From: Pseudomonas sp. NY15181
GTDB taxonomy: Bacteria; Pseudomonadota; Gammaproteobacteria; Pseudomonadales; Pseudomonadaceae
Length of the DNA stretch: 64,000 nt
Direction: 5' to 3'
NCBI RefSeq assembly: GCF_048068055.1
Contig: NZ_JBLUPT010000005.1
Coordinates: 260,509-324,508, forward strand
The notes below the pieces were generated by a model. It ran no database searches. It had not been told where the DNA came from and saw only the letters and a list, made by a program, of their open reading frames with translations. Below are positions 10,242-21,800 of this stretch, piece after piece; the stretch's first letter is position 1; each line of letters begins with the position of its first letter. The translations under genes and the position numbers were made by a program.

Positions 10242-11459
10242 ATGACTGAACCCCGTTCAGCTCGTCGCTTTGCGCGCATCGATCGCCTGCCCCCCTACGT
10301 TTTCAACATCACCGCTGAACTGAAGATGGCCGCCCGCCGCCGTGGCGAGGACATCATCGACCTGTCCATGGGCAACCCGGACGGGGCCACGCCGCCGCAC
10401 ATCGTCGAGAAACTCTGCCAGGTCGCCCAGCGCGAGGACACCCACGGCTACTCCACCTCCCGTGGCATTCCGCGCCTGCGCCGCGCCATCTCGCACTGGT
10501 ACCGCGACCGCTACGACGTACAGATCGACCCGGAATCCGAGGCCATCGTCACCATCGGTTCCAAGGAAGGCCTGGCGCACCTGATGCTGGCCACCCTGGA
10601 CCACGGCGACACCATCCTGGTGCCCAACCCCAGCTACCCGATCCACATCTACGGCGCGGTGATCGCCGGCGCCCAGGTGCGCTCGGTGCCGCTGGTACCG
10701 GGGATCGATTTCTTCAACGAGCTGGAGCGGGCGATCCGCGAATCCATTCCCAAGCCGAAGATGATGATCCTCGGCTTCCCCTCCAACCCCACTGCGCAGT
10801 GCGTGGAGCTGGACTTCTTCGAGCGCGTGGTCGACCTCGCCAAGCGCTACGACGTGCTGGTGGTGCACGACCTGGCCTACGCGGACATCACCTTCGACGG
10901 CTGGAAAGCCCCGTCGATCATGCAGGTCCCCGGCGCCAAGGACATCGCGGTGGAGTTCTTCACCCTGTCCAAGAGCTACAACATGGCCGGCTGGCGCATC
11001 GGCTTCATGGTCGGCAACCCGGAGCTGGTCTCGGCCCTGGCGCGGATCAAGAGCTACCACGACTACGGCACCTTCACCCCGCTGCAGGTGGCGGCCATTG
11101 CCGCGCTGGAAGGCGACCAGCAGTGCGTGCGCGACATCGCCGAGCAGTACCAGAAACGCCGCGACGTGCTGGTGAAAGGGCTGCACGAGGCCGGCTGGAT
11201 GGTGGAGAACCCCAAGGCGTCGATGTACATCTGGGCGAAGATTCCCGAACCCTACGCGCACCTGGGCTCCCTGGAGTTCGCCAAGAAGCTGCTCAAGGAG
11301 GCCAAGGTCTCGGTGTCGCCGGGCGTCGGCTTCGGCGACTACGGCGATGACCATGTGCGCTTCGCCCTGATCGAGAACCGCGACCGTCTGCGCCAGGCGG
11401 TACGGGGCATCAAGGCGATGTTCCGCGCCGACGGCCTGTTGCCGGCGAAGGCGGAATAA
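10242..11459 (+). CDS. PLP-dependent aminotransferase class I (AlaC/YfdZ-like)
   Basis: 405 aa; fold-type I aminotransferase motifs, [12 protein letters not shown] Lys-containing PLP site. Confidence 0.8.
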   Translation: MTEPRSARRFARIDRLPPYVFNITAELKMAARRRGEDIIDLSMGNPDGATPPHIVEKLCQVAQREDTHGYSTSRGIPRLRRAISHWYRDRYDVQIDPESEAIVTIGSKEGLAHLMLATLDHGDTILVPNPSYPIHIYGAVIAGAQVRSVPLVPGIDFFNELERAIRESIPKPKMMILGFPSNPTAQCVELDFFERVVDLAKRYDVLVVHDLAYADITFDGWKAPSIMQVPGAKDIAVEFFTLSKSYNMAGWRIGFMVGNPELVSALARIKSYHDYGTFTPLQVAAIAALEGDQQCVRDIAEQYQKRRDVLVKGLHEAGWMVENPKASMYIWAKIPEPYAHLGSLEFAKKLLKEAKVSVSPGVGFGDYGDDHVRFALIENRDRLRQAVRGIKAMFRADGLLPAKAE

Positions 11460-11460
11460 G

Positions 11461-11497
11461 ACGAAAGGGGCGGCCAGATGGCCGCCCCTTTCGTTGG
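11461..11497. terminator. bidirectional rho-independent terminator
   Basis: GAAAGGGGCGGCCAGATGGCCGCCCCTTTCGTTGG between convergent genes. Confidence 0.7.
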
Positions 11498-11526
11498 TAA
11501 GTCCCTTTCCCCGACAGGGAAGGTCT

Positions 11527-11961
11527 TCAGTGTGCGGGGTAGTCCGCCAGCACTTCGCGCTGGCCGGTCGTGGTCAGCCCCACCACCTGATAGGCGTCAT
11601 GACGGTCGCCCATCTCCATGCCCGGCGAGCCCACCGGCATGCCCGGCACGGCGGCGCCGGCCAGATCCGCACGCTCGCGCAGCTTGAGGACATCGGCCGC
11701 CGGCACATGGCCCTCGACGAACTTGCCATCGATCACCCCGGTGTGGCACGAGCCCATGTTGTAAGGCACGCCGAGTCTGGTCTTCACTGCACTCATGTCC
11801 GCCTCGACGTGGTCGTTGACGGTGAAGCCGTTGCTTTCCAGGTGCTTGATCCAGTCCTTGCAGCAACTGCAGTTGGCATCGCGGTGGACGTCGATGGTCA
11901 GCGGCTCGGCGGCCTGGGCGGCGCCGGCGACGAGGGCGGTGAGCAGAAGCAGGGTGCGCAT
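11527..11961 (-). CDS. DUF411-family periplasmic metal-binding protein
   Basis: Track ORF 11527..12321 is over-extended; ATG at 11961 gives 144-aa protein with signal peptide MRTLLLLTALVAGAAQA and CxCC motif (DANCSCCKDW). Confidence 0.7.
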   Translation of the reverse strand: MRTLLLLTALVAGAAQAAEPLTIDVHRDANCSCCKDWIKHLESNGFTVNDHVEADMSAVKTRLGVPYNMGSCHTGVIDGKFVEGHVPAADVLKLRERADLAGAAVPGMPVGSPGMEMGDRHDAYQVVGLTTTGQREVLADYPAH

Positions 11962-12162
11962 GGTGGAAACCTCAAGGACCAGAAGCGCCCGAGGATACTC
12001 CCGGTGACTGGACCGCCCCATCGGCCAGCTGTATCTATATATGACGGACATCCCGAACTCGCCGTGTCTTCCGGGGTCTCTAGCTGATCGGTAATGCATC
12101 CGCGGCACTGCGTCGCAGCTGTGGACGCGTTGGAAATGGCTGTTCGGCCAAGGAGAAAGCGC

Positions 12163-12627
12163 ATGCTCTTCGCCCGTCTCGTCCTGCTGGTCCAGGCCCT
12201 GGTGTGGGGTGGCCTGGGGCTGCTGTACTGGATTCGTCCCTACGAAATGGCCAATCTCAGCGGCATGCTGCTGATGGAGCCTTCCTCCGTGAGCGATGCC
12301 CGGGTGTTCTACGGCGGGCACCAGTTCGCCCTCGCGCTGTTCCTGGTGTTCGCCCTGCGCCGCCGCCTGCTGGTGCGCCCTGCGCTGATCCTGGTGATCC
12401 TGGTGCAGCTGACCCTGACCCTGTCGCGCTTGCTGATCGCCTGGACCGAAGGCGGGATGGAGGTGGATGCGCAGTTGGCCGGGGTCGTCTATCGCGGTGT
12501 GATTTCCGCGCTGGCGATCCTCGCTCTCTATTGGCTGGAGCGGCAGTCACGCAACCGGACCACTCCACCCTCGAGCAAGGGGCCTGACGAGCCGGAGGAG
12601 CATCGCGCGGACTTCGAGGGCCTGTGA
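12163..12627 (+). CDS. hypothetical inner-membrane protein
   Basis: ATG at 12163 preceded by AAGGAGA RBS; ~4 predicted TM helices. Confidence 0.55.
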   Translation: MLFARLVLLVQALVWGGLGLLYWIRPYEMANLSGMLLMEPSSVSDARVFYGGHQFALALFLVFALRRRLLVRPALILVILVQLTLTLSRLLIAWTEGGMEVDAQLAGVVYRGVISALAILALYWLERQSRNRTTPPSSKGPDEPEEHRADFEGL

Positions 12628-12750
12628 GCGGAGGGGAGCCCGTGACCGTCTCCGGATGAACGGGACGGCTCGACGCCCCCGGAATGCCGGGTTACTCCGC
12701 GTGTCGTGCTATCGTATTGATTTTGCGGAAGAACCGGTGCGGGGCCAAAG

Positions 12751-13053
12751 ATGAAGTTCGTACATCAACGTGAACACCTGAACGAAGGCGATCTGGTGGT
12801 CATCGAGTGCTCCATGACCTGCAACATCCGCCTGATGACCGATGCCAACTTCCGCAGCTTCAAGAACGGCGGCCGTCACGCTTACCACGGCGGCGCTTTC
12901 GACCGTTTCCCCGCGAAGATCAAGGTGCCCAGCACCGGTTACTGGAACGTCACCATCGATACCGTGACCCGCCGCGCCATCAGCGTCACGCGCAAGGCCG
13001 ACTTCAAGTACAGCATCAAGTTCGTCCGCAAGTCGCCGTCCAACTACAGCTGA
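12751..13053 (+). CDS. DUF1883-family small protein
   Basis: 100-aa ORF, MKFVHQREHLNEGDLVVIECS... matches the conserved DUF1883 N-terminus. Confidence 0.55.
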   Translation: MKFVHQREHLNEGDLVVIECSMTCNIRLMTDANFRSFKNGGRHAYHGGAFDRFPAKIKVPSTGYWNVTIDTVTRRAISVTRKADFKYSIKFVRKSPSNYS

Positions 13054-13056
13054 CTC

Positions 13057-13569
13057 TCAGTGTCCGGCGTGCGCGGGGAAGCCCTGAAGCAGCCGGGCGA
13101 TGGTGTCGTCGAACGCCTGCTGGGTCAGGGACGGATCGTGCAGCTGGCGCGCCACCTGGGCCTGGAACAGCACTTCACCTGACGCTTCGTCGAGAATCCG
13201 CAGGGCCAGCCGGGCCTGTTCGGAGTCGGCGATCTGCGTCTGGGTGATCACGCCCGCCTGGGTCGATACCGGCCGCTGGATCACCCCGGTCTGGTTATCC
13301 AGCCCGAGCGCGTAGATCACCCGCATGTCCCCCGCACTCTCCCGATAGCGATAACCCTTGGCTTCCAGGGCCCGGCGTACGCCGAGGTCGAAGCGGTCTT
13401 CGAGGTCTTCGCGATGGCCCTGCGCGCGCACGGCCTGGATGAAGAAGGTGCTCTGGTGGCCATCGGCGCTCGGCGAGACGCTGACGGTGGCGGGGGCGCT
13501 GGCGCAGCCGGCCAGCAGGAGGAGCAGCAGGGGCAGGATCAGGCGGGGCATGGGCGGTACTCTGGTCAT
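13057..13569 (-). CDS. lipoprotein (DUF4136-like)
   Basis: Signal peptide + lipobox LLLLLLAGC. Confidence 0.6.
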   Translation of the reverse strand: MTRVPPMPRLILPLLLLLLAGCASAPATVSVSPSADGHQSTFFIQAVRAQGHREDLEDRFDLGVRRALEAKGYRYRESAGDMRVIYALGLDNQTGVIQRPVSTQAGVITQTQIADSEQARLALRILDEASGEVLFQAQVARQLHDPSLTQQAFDDTIARLLQGFPAHAGH

Positions 13570-13648
13570 TGTCCCCCTAGCCTAGCCCCTGGCGTGGAGG
13601 GCGCCGCCCAACCCTTGGTTGGGCGGCCCGCTGTTGGGCGAAGAGTGC

Positions 13649-14749
13649 TCAGCGGCGGGTCAGCAGCACGCCGGCTTCCATGTGGTGGGTGTAGGGGAAC
13701 TGGTCGAACAGGGCACAGCGGCTGACCTGGTGGGTGTCGTGCAGCTGGGCGATGTTCTGCGCCAGGGTCTCCGGGTTGCAGGAGATGTACAGGATGTTGT
13801 CGAAGCGGCGGGTCAGCTCGCAGGTGTCCGGGTCCATGCCGGCGCGTGGCGGGTCGACGAACACGCTGCCGAAGTCATAGGACTTCAGGTCCACGTCGGC
13901 CAGGCGGCGGAACGGGCGCACGTCGTTGAGCGCCTGGGTCAGCTCCTCGGCGGAGAGGCGCACCAGGGTGACATTGTCGACGGCGTTGTCGGCCAGGTTT
14001 GCCAGGGCGGCGTTCACCGAGGTCTTGCTGATCTCGGTGGCCAGCACCTTGCGCACGCGGGTCGCCAGCGGCAGGGTGAAGTTGCCGTTGCCGCAGTACA
14101 GCTCCAGCAGGTCGTCGTCGCGCTGGCCGAGCGCTTCAAAGGCCCAGTTGAGCATCTTCTGGCAGACCTCGCCGTTGGGCTGGGTGAAGGCGCCTTCCGG
14201 CTGGCGGTAGCGGAAGGTGCGGCCGGCGACGGTCAGTTCTTCGTTCACGTAATCACGACCCACGACCAGGCGCTTGCCGCGGGAGCGGCCGACGATGCTC
14301 ACGCCCAGCTCGGCGGCCAGTTTCTCGGCGGCGGCCTGCCAGGCGGCGTCCACCGGGCGGTGGTAGCAGAGGGTGATCAGCGCATCGCCCGCCAGGGTGG
14401 TGAGGAACTCCACCTGGAACAGCTTGTGGCCCAGTGTCGGCTCGGCCCAGGCGGCCTTCAGGCGCGGCATCAGCTCGTTGATGCGCAGGCTGGCGATGGG
14501 GAACTGCTCAATCAGGATCGGGGTGTGCTTGTCGCCCTGCTCGAACATTGCGTAATGGCGCGCCTCGCCTTCACGCCACAGGCGGAACTCGGCACGCAGG
14601 CGGTAGTGTTCGCGCGGCGAGTCGAACACCTCCGGCTCCGACGCGGCGAAGGGCGCCAGCAGCTCGCGCAGGCGCGCGGCCTTGTCGGCCAGTTGGCTGT
14701 CGTATTGGGAGGGATCGAAACGCGGACTGCTCATGGGGAAACTCTTCAA
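13649..14749 (-). CDS. trmA: tRNA (uracil54-C5)-methyltransferase
   Basis: Collinear similarity to E. coli TrmA including the C-terminal motif (ISCNPETL...[15 protein letters not shown]); true start may be the second Met (~14734). Confidence 0.9.
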   Translation of the reverse strand: MKSFPMSSPRFDPSQYDSQLADKAARLRELLAPFAASEPEVFDSPREHYRLRAEFRLWREGEARHYAMFEQGDKHTPILIEQFPIASLRINELMPRLKAAWAEPTLGHKLFQVEFLTTLAGDALITLCYHRPVDAAWQAAAEKLAAELGVSIVGRSRGKRLVVGRDYVNEELTVAGRTFRYRQPEGAFTQPNGEVCQKMLNWAFEALGQRDDDLLELYCGNGNFTLPLATRVRKVLATEISKTSVNAALANLADNAVDNVTLVRLSAEELTQALNDVRPFRRLADVDLKSYDFGSVFVDPPRAGMDPDTCELTRRFDNILYISCNPETLAQNIAQLHDTHQVSRCALFDQFPYTHHMEAGVLLTRR

Positions 14750-14927
14750 AGGGGCCGGGCTTACCCAGGCCGCTTTCTTTTTTAGGGATAACTCGCAACT
14801 ATTGGGGCTCGCGAGCTAGGTCAGACAAGGCGCCAGATCGATTCGGAAGCGGAGTTTACGTCTGTAAATGAGCATTCCGAATCGATTTGGCAACGCAGTA
14901 TGGCCGACGCGCAGCAGCCCCCTTCAC

Positions 14928-16223
14928 TCAAGCGTTGAACCAGCCCAGCTTGATCACGAAGAGCACGGACAGGATCACCAGCGCCGGGTTCAGCTCGCGG
15001 AAGCGGCCGGACAGGAGCTTGCAGGCAGTCCAGGTGATGAAGCCGAACGCGATGCCGTTGGCGATGGAGAAGGTCAGCGGCATGGCCAGCGCGGTGACCA
15101 CCACCGGCGCGGAGACGGTCAGGTCGTCCCAGTCGATCTCGGCCAGGCCCGAAGCCATCAGCACGGCGACGAAGAACAGTGCCGGCGCGGTGGCGAAGGC
15201 CGGGACGTTGCCCGCAAGCGGGGCGAAGAACAGCGCCAGCAGGAACAGCGCGGCCACCACGATGGCGGTCAGGCCGGTGCGGCCGCCGGCGGAAACGCCC
15301 GCCGCCGACTCGATGTAGCTGGTAGTGGTGGAAGTACCCAACAGCGAACCGAACATGGCGGCGGTACTGTCGGCGATCAGCGCGCGGCCCATCTTCGGCA
15401 TGTGCCCGTCCTTGCCCATCAGGCCGGCGCGCTTGGCCACGCCGATCAGGGTGCCGGAGTTGTCGAACAGGTCGACGAAGAGGAAGGCGAAGATCACGCT
15501 GGTCAGGCCGATGTCCAGGGCGCCCTTGATGTCCAGTTGCAGGAAGGTCGGCGCCAGCGACGGCGGCATCGACACCACGCCGCCGAACTTGGACACACCC
15601 AGGGCGATGGCGATGAAGGTCACCACCAGGATGCCGATCATCACCGCGCCGGTCACGCGGCGGGCTTCCAGGGCGACGATCAGGATGAAGCCGAGGATCG
15701 CCAGCAGTGGCTCGGGCTTGGCCAGGTCACCCATGCCCACCAGGGTGGCGGCGTTGGCGACGACGATGCCCGACTCCTTCAGCGCGATCAGCGCGAGGAA
15801 CAGGCCGATGCCCGCGGCGATCGCCGAGCGCAGTGCCAGCGGGATGCTGTTGATGATCCATTCGCGGATGCGGAAGATCGAAATGATGAAGAACATGCAC
15901 GCGGAGAGGAACACCGCACCGAGCGCCACCTGCCAGGTGTGGCCCATGTGCAGGACCACGGTGTAGGTGAAGAAGGCGTTCAGCCCCATGCCGGGTGCCA
16001 GGGCGATCGGGTAGTTGGCGATCAGGCCCATGATGGCCGAGCCAATGGCCGCCGCCAGGCAGGTAGCGACGAAGATCGCGCCCTTGTCCATGCCCGTCTC
16101 GCCGAGGATGCTCGGGTTGACGAAGAGGATGTAGGCCATGGTCAGGAAGGTGGTGATACCCGCCAGGATCTCGGTACGCACATTGGTGTTGTGCGCCTTG
16201 AGTTGGAACAGCTTTTCCAGCAT
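14928..16223 (-). CDS. NCS2-family purine (adenine/guanine/hypoxanthine) permease, AzgA/PurP-like
   Basis: Track ORF 14928..16442 is over-extended; ATG at 16223 gives MLEKLFQLKAHNTNVRTEILAGITTFLTMAYILFVNP..., the conserved N-terminus of AzgA-type permeases. Confidence 0.85.
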   Translation of the reverse strand: MLEKLFQLKAHNTNVRTEILAGITTFLTMAYILFVNPSILGETGMDKGAIFVATCLAAAIGSAIMGLIANYPIALAPGMGLNAFFTYTVVLHMGHTWQVALGAVFLSACMFFIISIFRIREWIINSIPLALRSAIAAGIGLFLALIALKESGIVVANAATLVGMGDLAKPEPLLAILGFILIVALEARRVTGAVMIGILVVTFIAIALGVSKFGGVVSMPPSLAPTFLQLDIKGALDIGLTSVIFAFLFVDLFDNSGTLIGVAKRAGLMGKDGHMPKMGRALIADSTAAMFGSLLGTSTTTSYIESAAGVSAGGRTGLTAIVVAALFLLALFFAPLAGNVPAFATAPALFFVAVLMASGLAEIDWDDLTVSAPVVVTALAMPLTFSIANGIAFGFITWTACKLLSGRFRELNPALVILSVLFVIKLGWFNA

Positions 16224-16500
16224 GTTTGGCTCCCCGTGGCGCTGCTCGCGCCGTTGTCGTTCTGGCCGGGAAAAGCAAAGCACAGGCGCGAAGGGCGCGC
16301 GTGCGATTCTTGTGGCCGGCAAAAAGGCGCGCATGATACCAGCTCGTCCTGCGCCGGAGAATTTCTGACCGGACCGCCAGCATCCGTTCGTCATCCAGCA
16401 TAGTCGCGGGCGCCGACCAAGGGCGTGCAACTTGTGCCACAAAGGTGGTCTGACTCTCTATGACCGCGGCCGACCGGCCGCTCTGCCTGATCCGCATTCG

Positions 16501-16992
16501 ATGAAACGCTCGATACCGCTCCTTTTCGCCGCGCTGCTGGCCGCCTGCGCCGGTGCTCCACCGACCGCCCCGCAGCACAGCTTCGACGTCCACGCCCTGG
16601 CCGAGCACCCCTCGGCCAGTACCCGCACCCTGGCCGACCCGCAGGGCAAGGCGGTACTGGTGGTGACCCAGCCGGCCCTGACCCAGCGCGATGTACAGCA
16701 GGCGCAACTGGCCAGCGTCGCCGACGGCAAGCCGGCCGTGCAGGTGCAGTTCACCCCGGACGCCAGCCAACGCCTGGCACGCCTGACCCGCGAGGAGCAG
16801 AGCAAGACCCTGGCGGTGGTGATCGATGGGCAATTGCGCCTGCTGCCGAAGGTGGACCGCCCGGTGACTGACGGCCGTGTGCTGCTCCAGGGGTTCGCCA
16901 GTCGGGCCGAGGCGGAGACCCTGGTGCGGCGGCTCAATGCGCTACGGCATGTTCCGGTTCAGCCGGAGCAGGGCGTGGGTGGGCAGCCGTAG
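16501..16992 (+). CDS. hypothetical lipoprotein
   Basis: ATG at 16501 gives MKRSIPLLFAALLAACAG lipoprotein signal; divergent from permease gene. Confidence 0.55.
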   Translation: MKRSIPLLFAALLAACAGAPPTAPQHSFDVHALAEHPSASTRTLADPQGKAVLVVTQPALTQRDVQQAQLASVADGKPAVQVQFTPDASQRLARLTREEQSKTLAVVIDGQLRLLPKVDRPVTDGRVLLQGFASRAEAETLVRRLNALRHVPVQPEQGVGGQP

Positions 16993-17126
16993 CTTCTTTA
17001 TAGAAAGGCCTACGAGAAGTGGCTTTTCGTAGCGCGAATAACCTGGAACAGGTTGTCCGCCGATGGCCCGGTGGCGGATAACGCTGGCGCGTTATGCGCC
17101 CTATGAGGCTGACTACCGCTACAAAT

Positions 17127-17156
17127 GAAAAAGCCCGGCAGATGCCGGGCTTTTTC
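17127..17156. terminator. bidirectional rho-independent terminator
   Basis: AAAAAGCCCGGCAGATGCCGGGCTTTTTCG between convergent genes. Confidence 0.8.
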
Positions 17157-17179
17157 GTATCTCGGTTCGCGGTTTGGGC

Positions 17180-18433
17180 TTAGGCGCCGTATACCGGGAA
17201 CTTGGCGCAGATGGCCTTGACCTTCTCGCGCACGCCGTCCACCACGGACTCGTCGCCCATGTTGGTCAGGATGTCGCAGATCCAGCCGGCCAGCTCGCGG
17301 CACTCGGCTTCCTTGAAGCCGCGGGTGGTAACGGCGGGGGTGCCGATGCGCAAGCCGGAAGTAACGAACGGGGAACGCGGGTCGTTCGGCACGCTGTTCT
17401 TGTTCACGGTGATGAAGGCGCGGCCCAGGGCGGCGTCGGCATCCTTACCGGTGATGTCCTGCTTGATCAGGGACAGCAGGAACAGGTGGTTCTGGGTGCC
17501 GCCGGAAACCACGTCGAAGCCGCGCTCGATGAACACGCTGGCCATGGTCTGGGCGTTCTTCAGGACCTGCTGCTGGTAGGCCTTGAACTCGGGCTGCAGG
17601 GCTTCCTTGAAGCACACGGCCTTGGCGGCGATCACATGCTCCAGCGGGCCACCCTGGGCGCCCGGGAAGACGGCGGAGTTCAGCTTCTTCTCGATCTCTT
17701 CGTTCTTGCGAGCGAGGATCAGGCCGCCGCGCGGGCCGCGCAGGGTCTTGTGGGTGGTGGTGGTGACCACGTCGGCGAACGGTACCGGGTTCGGGTAGAC
17801 GCCAGCGGCGACCAGACCGGCCACGTGGGCCATGTCGACGAACAGGTAGGCACCGACCTTGTCGGCGATGGCGCGGAAGCGGGCGAAGTCCAGCACCTGG
17901 GAGTAGGCGGAGAAGCCGGCGACGATCATCTTCGGCTTGTGCTCGACGGCCAGACGCTCGACTTCGTCGTAGTCGATCAGGCCGGCATCGGTGATGCCGT
18001 ACTGCACGGCGTTGTACAGCTTGCCGGAGGAGGAAACGCTGGCGCCGTGGGTCAGGTGACCGCCGTGGGCCAGGCTCATGCCCAGGATGGTGTCACCGGC
18101 ATTGAGCAGGGCCAGATAGACGGCGGAGTTGGCCTGGGAGCCGGCGTGCGGCTGGACGTTGGCGTAGTCGGCGCCGAACAGTTGCTTGGCGCGGTCGATG
18201 GCCAGCTGCTCGACGACGTCGACGTACTCGCAGCCACCGTAGTAGCGCTTGCCCGGGTAGCCTTCGGCGTACTTGTTGGTCAGCACCGAACCCTGGGCTT
18301 CCATCACCGCCGGGCTGGTGTAGTTCTCGGAGGCGATGAGCTCGATGTGCTCTTCCTGGCGCTGGGCTTCCTGCTCCATCGCGGCGAAGAGTTCGGCATC
18401 GTAGCGGGCGAGGGTCAAATCACGGCTGAACAT
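17180..18433 (-). CDS. glyA: serine hydroxymethyltransferase
   Basis: ATG at 18433 gives [16 protein letters not shown]... 417 aa, collinear with bacterial GlyA incl. PLP-Lys region ([14 protein letters not shown]). Confidence 0.95.
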   Translation of the reverse strand: MFSRDLTLARYDAELFAAMEQEAQRQEEHIELIASENYTSPAVMEAQGSVLTNKYAEGYPGKRYYGGCEYVDVVEQLAIDRAKQLFGADYANVQPHAGSQANSAVYLALLNAGDTILGMSLAHGGHLTHGASVSSSGKLYNAVQYGITDAGLIDYDEVERLAVEHKPKMIVAGFSAYSQVLDFARFRAIADKVGAYLFVDMAHVAGLVAAGVYPNPVPFADVVTTTTHKTLRGPRGGLILARKNEEIEKKLNSAVFPGAQGGPLEHVIAAKAVCFKEALQPEFKAYQQQVLKNAQTMASVFIERGFDVVSGGTQNHLFLLSLIKQDITGKDADAALGRAFITVNKNSVPNDPRSPFVTSGLRIGTPAVTTRGFKEAECRELAGWICDILTNMGDESVVDGVREKVKAICAKFPVYGA

Positions 18434-18599
18434 GGCGGTCCTCTTAAGGATCGGGTGCTGGGGGAAAGGCGCGCATTCTAACCCAAGGCGGCTGTGCTGG
18501 CACATGAAAGGCGGTCATGTGGCGGACAAGCGGGCTTCAAGGCGTGGATGCCGGCGGAATTGGGCGCGATTTGGCGCTCATTGCGAGACCGGGTTGGCG

Positions 18600-18812
18600 G
18601 AGGAATTTCGCGGACAAGGTCCGCTCCTACAGGAGTCCCCTGCGCAGGCCAATCACCCTAACCTCTCCCAGAGGGCGAGGGGACCGTTCGGGGAAGGAGA
18701 GATGCCATGGCTTCAGCCGGCACAATCTGCCCCCTCTCCCTCCGGGAGAGGGCTGGGGTGAGGGCGGTCTACGCACCGGACTCTGCCCGTAGGAGCGGAC
18801 CTTGTCCGCGAA
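18600..18812. repeat. REP-derived composite element with 27-bp terminal inverted repeats
   Basis: TTCGCGGACAAGGTCCGCTCCTACAGG (~18607-18633) and its reverse complement CCCGTAGGAGCGGACCTTGTCCGCGAA (~18786-18812), 26/27 match, flanking ~150 bp with internal palindromes (CCTCTCCCAGAGGG / CCCTCCGGGAGAGGG). Confidence 0.7.
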
Positions 18813-18850
18813 GGCGCCGGTCGGGCGCACGAAAGTAGGGGCAGGTTGCC

Positions 18851-21800
18851 TCAGCCCAACAGGAACAACGCATTGCTGGCGAACAGCGCCGCGAACTGGG
18901 CCGCCGGCACCGGGCGGCCGAAGAGGAAGCCCTGTACCTCGTCGCAGCCGTGTTCGCGCAGGAAGTCCAGCTGCTCGTGGCTCTCCACGCCCTCGGCGAT
19001 CACCATCAGGTTCAGGCTGTGGGCCATGGCGATGATGGCGCGGGCGATCTGCGCATCCTGCTCGCCGTGGGGCAGGCCGTCGACGAAGCTGCGGTCGATC
19101 TTCAGCACGTCGATGGGGAACTGCTTCAGGTAGTTGAGCGAGGAGTAGCCGGTGCCGAAGTCGTCCACCGCGATGGCCAGGCCCAGGCGTTTCAGGCCGC
19201 GGAGAATCTGCATGGCCTGGGACACGTCGCTCATCAGGATGCTCTCGGTCAGCTCCAGCTCAAGGCACGCCGGCGGAATGCCGGTGTCCCGGAGGATGCC
19301 GGCGATGCGCTCGCCCAGCTGGCCATCGGCGAATTGCCGGGCGGAGAGGTTCACCGAGATCTTCGGTACCCGCACCTTGTCGCGGTGCCAGGACTTGAGT
19401 TGCAGGCAGGCCTGCTCCAGCAGCCAGTCGCCGACCTGGGCCACCAGACCCAGTTCTTCCAGCACCGGGACGAACTCCGTCGGCGGGATCAGCCCACGCT
19501 TGGGATGCTGCCAGCGCAGCAGCGCCTCGGCGCCGGTCAGTCGGCGGCCGTCGCCGGTGAACTGCGGCTGGTAATGAAGGATGAACTCTTCCTGCTCGAT
19601 GGCGCGGCGCAGGTCGCTTTCCAGTTCCAGGCGCTCCAGGGCGCGGGCGTTCATCTCGGCCTGGTAGAACTGGAAGTTGTTCTTGCCCATTTCCTTGGCG
19701 TGGTACATCGCCGTGTCGGCGTTCTTCATCAGTTGGCTGAGCTCGGCTCCGTCCTGCGGCGAGAGCGCCACGCCGATGCTGGCGGTGACGAAGAATTCGC
19801 GGCCTTCAAGGGTGAAGGGGCGGGCGAGGCTGGCGAGGATCTGCTCGGCCACCTGGATCGCCTGCCGCAGCGCCCGTTCCCGGTCGCCCTGTCCGGGCAG
19901 CAGCAGGGTGAACTCGTCGCCGCCCATGCGCGCCACGGTGTCGTCGTCGCTGACGCAGTGGCTCAGGCGTTCGGCCACTTCCTTGAGCATGCGGTCGCCC
20001 GCGGCGTGGCCCAGGGAGTCGTTGATCGGCTTGAAGCGGTCGAGGTCGAGGAACATCAGCACCACCCATTGCTGGTGCCGCTCGGCCTGCAGCAACGCGG
20101 TGTGCAGGCGGTCCTGGAACAGCGTGCGGTTGGGCAGGTGGGTCAGGGCGTCGTAGTAGGCCAGGCGGTGGATGCGTCGCTCGCTGGCCTTGCGTTCGCT
20201 GATGTCGCTGAAGAAGCAGACGAAGCTGACCAGGTCGCCTTCCTCGTCGTGCACGGCGGTGATGCCGACCCAGGACGGATACAGCTCGCCGTTCTTGCGC
20301 TTCTGCAGGATCTCGCCTTCCCAGCTGCCGCTGCGCAGCAGGCTGTCCAGCACGTGCTTGAGCTGGTTGGCTTCCTGGCGGTCGGCGGTGAGCATCCGCG
20401 GCAACTGGTCCAGCACTTCCTCGGCCCGGTAGCCGGTGAGGCGGGAGAAGGAGTCGTTGATCTGCACGATGTAGCCGACCGGGTCGGTGACCATGATCGC
20501 CGCCGTGGAGTGCTCGAATACCGTGGCGGCCATGCGCATTTCGCGCTCGGCGCGGCGTTGCTGGCTGATGTCGCGGGCGACGCCGAGCAGGCCCTCGAAG
20601 CCGCCGTGGTCGTCCCACATCAGGGCGATGCGCAGTTCCACCGGGATCTTGTGGCCGTCGGCGTGTATGCAGTCGAGGGTGAACAGTTGCGGTGCGGTGC
20701 TTTCGCGCAGCTCGGCGAGGCGCGTGGGCTCGCCGATGGCATCGTGCAGCCGGTCCAGCAGCGCGGTGAGGCGTTCCAGCTGCGCCGGGTTGGCGGCCAC
20801 CTGCTGGAATCCGTTCTGCAGCATCCAGTCGGCGCTGTAGCCGAACACCTGCTGGATCGACGGGCTGACGTAGTTGAGCTTGACCTGGGCGTCGGTGGAA
20901 ACGATTACGTCGCTGATGCTCTCGGCCAGCATGCGGTAGCGGCGGCCGCTCTCGCGCAGGGAGTTGTGCGCCTCGACCGTGGCGGTGATGTCCTTGGCCA
21001 CGCCGATCAGCCGGGCCACGCGGCCGGCGGCGTCACGGGTGAAGGCCTGTTCGCGGATGTCGAACCAGTGCCAGCTGCCGTCGCGGTGACGCCAGCGCAA
21101 CTGGCTGTCGAGCAGCAGGCCATCGCCCACCACCTGCTGCAGGTTGCGCACGCGCCAGTAGTATTCGACGTCGTCCGGGTGCAGGACCTTTTCCCAGAAG
21201 CGCTCGCCCATGGCGCGCAGTTCGTCGGCGCTGTAGCCGAGCTGGTAGCCGAGGTTGTGGTTGCTGAAGATCACCCGGCGCGCGGCGATGTCGTGGATAT
21301 AGAGGGTGTCGGGTACAGCGCGTACCGCATCGGACCAGAACTTCTCGCGCTCGACCAGCGACAACTCGACCTGCTTGCGCGAGGTGATGTCGGAGAGGCT
21401 GAGGGTGACCGCGTGGAAGTCCTGAATCATTTCCGGCACCCGCAGTTGCAGCCAGAGGTGGCGCTGTTCGCCCTGGCGCGTCTGGATGCAGGCTTCCAGC
21501 TCGACCATGCCGTGGCCGGCCAGCACCGCCTCGAGCACCTTGCTGCGCACGCCGTCCGGTCGCATGCCGGCACTGCCGATCAGAATCTGCCAGGCCTGCT
21601 CGGTGGTGCTGACGCCCATCAGGCGCTTGGCGACGTTGTTGATCTCGGTGATGCGCACCTGGCGCAACAGCCCCGGCAGGCGCTCGGGTTGCGAGGCGAT
21701 CCATTCCTGCAGGTCGTTCTGCCGACGCAGGTTGAGGTCCACCAGGTTCTGCCGCAGCGCCGACAGGTCGAGCACGCAGAGGGCAACGCCGACGCCGTCG

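Noticed and set aside
16224-16500. Possible purine riboswitch in the leader of the NCS2 purine permease
   Set aside because: Could not recognise the conserved purine-aptamer junction motifs by eye; would need a covariance-model scan (Rfam RF00167) to decide.
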